Assembly: GCF_006345805.1 (NCBI RefSeq)
Contig: NW_021824586.1
Span: 1-17,845, forward strand
Source of the DNA: Octopus sinensis
Lineage: Eukaryota
Direction of reading: 5' to 3'
Length of the DNA stretch: 17,845 nt
In this document: in pieces, positions 16,755 through 17,845 of the stretch
Position numbering within the stretch: position 1 is the first letter of the stretch
How the letters are laid out: each line of letters starts with the position of its first letter
Notes under the pieces: generated by a model
The model's database searches: none
Seen by the model: only the letters and a program-made list of their open reading frames with translations
What the model was told of the DNA's origin: nothing
Program-made: the position numbers and the translations under genes

Positions 16755-17034
16755 ATACAGGGACGAAAACACACCGACAGCGGTTGTCAAGCGGTAGTGG
16801 GGGGAAAAAGCACACACATACACACACGCACACACACGCACACATTACACACCACACTACACTCATACACACATATACGACAGTACAGTTTTCATCTATC
16901 AAATCCACTGACAGGGGTTTTGGTAAGCTTGAGGCTATAGTAGAAGACTGTTGCTCAAGGTGCTCTGCTGTGAGACTGAACTCAGAACTGGGTGTTTCGG
17001 CAGCAGGCTTTTTTACCACACAGCCACGCCTACG
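16755..17034 (-). mobile_element. SINE family B with internal microsatellite, 3'-truncated
   Basis: Reverse-complement head gcgtaggcgtggctgtgtggtaaaaagcctgc...gagttcagtctc, CORE-like caccttgagcaacagtcttctactatagcctc, internal (TG) tract at 16810-16880. Confidence 0.88.
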
Positions 17035-17176
17035 CCTATAAATGTGAGATCTCACCGAAATTCTATTAGTCGAGGACGGTTAACATATTTCTTCCCTTTA
17101 CTCTTTTCCACCAACAAATACACACATCTATTTACTCCCTCAATCAATCGATTTGACTATTGTCTACTTTTTAAAC

Positions 17177-17530
17177 AACCTACCTGCCTACATACCTATC
17201 TACCTACCTACCTACCTATCTACCTACCTACCTACCTACCTATCTACCTATCTACTTACCTACCTACTTACCTACCTATCTACCTATCTACCTACCTACC
17301 TATCTACCTACCTACCTACTTACCTACCTACTTACCTACCTACCTGCTTACATACCTATCGACCTACCTACCTACCTATCTACCTACCTACCTACCTATC
17401 TACCTACCTACTTACCTACCTACTTACCTACCTACCTACCTACCTACCTACTTACCTACCTACCTATCTACCTACCTACCTACCTACCTACCTACTTACC
17501 TACCTACCTATTTGTCTATCTGTTTATCTA
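17177..17530. repeat. (CCTA)n tetranucleotide array with CTTA/CTAT variants
   Basis: Directly visible; source of the YLPT/TYLP ORFs. Confidence 0.97.
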
Positions 17531-17596
17531 TCAATACATATGTCTGTCTATCTGACAGTTTATGTGTCTGTCTGGTTATTAATATTTATATCTACC

Positions 17597-17745
17597 TGAA
17601 GACGGCAAAGGTGGCAGAAGCATCGGTGACATTGCGTCCGTCTTTACGTGCTGAGTTCAAATTCCACCGACGTCGACTTTGACTTTCGTCCTTTCGGGAT
17701 CGACAAAATAATTACCACTGCCATACCGGCCTTGTGCCAAAAACT
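17597..17745 (+). mobile_element. SINE family A, old copy with deletions
   Basis: gtctttacgtgctgagttcaaattccaccgacgtcgactttgactttcgtcctttcgggatcgacaaaataattacca...ggccttgtgcc. Confidence 0.85.
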
Positions 17746-17845
17746 GAAATCAATATATATGTCTATCTGCCTATCAATGTATCTGGCTATTTTATCCTTT
17801 CTGATACACACTCACAGACGCACACAATTCGTCCGTTCCTACGTT

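Noticed and set aside
16951-17682. 243-aa ORF, the longest in the track
   Set aside because: Built from SINE B antisense, the (CCTA)n array and SINE A; kept open by the repeat.

Overview
Eukaryotic, AT-rich, repeat-dense intronic or intergenic DNA. It is most likely from an octopus: the SINE families match my recollection of octopod tRNA-derived SINEs, which I have not verified by search. There is no CRISPR array, rRNA, true tRNA or confidently identifiable host gene, and most long ORFs in the track are microsatellite artefacts. The window is a layered mobile-element record. It holds about 20 SINE copies or fragments from at least 5 families, decayed RTE and CR1-group LINE fragments, a Penelope-like GIY-YIG relic, a hAT transposase relic and a hAT-type MITE. 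The best leads are: (i) two hammerhead-ribozyme-like motifs (CTGATGA...GAAACACGTATC), one near the Penelope relic; (ii) a young SINE inserted at the same position of older copies of its own family twice, once with a perfect 15-bp TSD; (iii) an RTE LINE whose two halves have twin-priming (5' inversion) geometry and share a 3' tail with the SINE lying between them; (iv) weak minus-strand exon candidates, including a possible small secreted or GPI-anchored protein.
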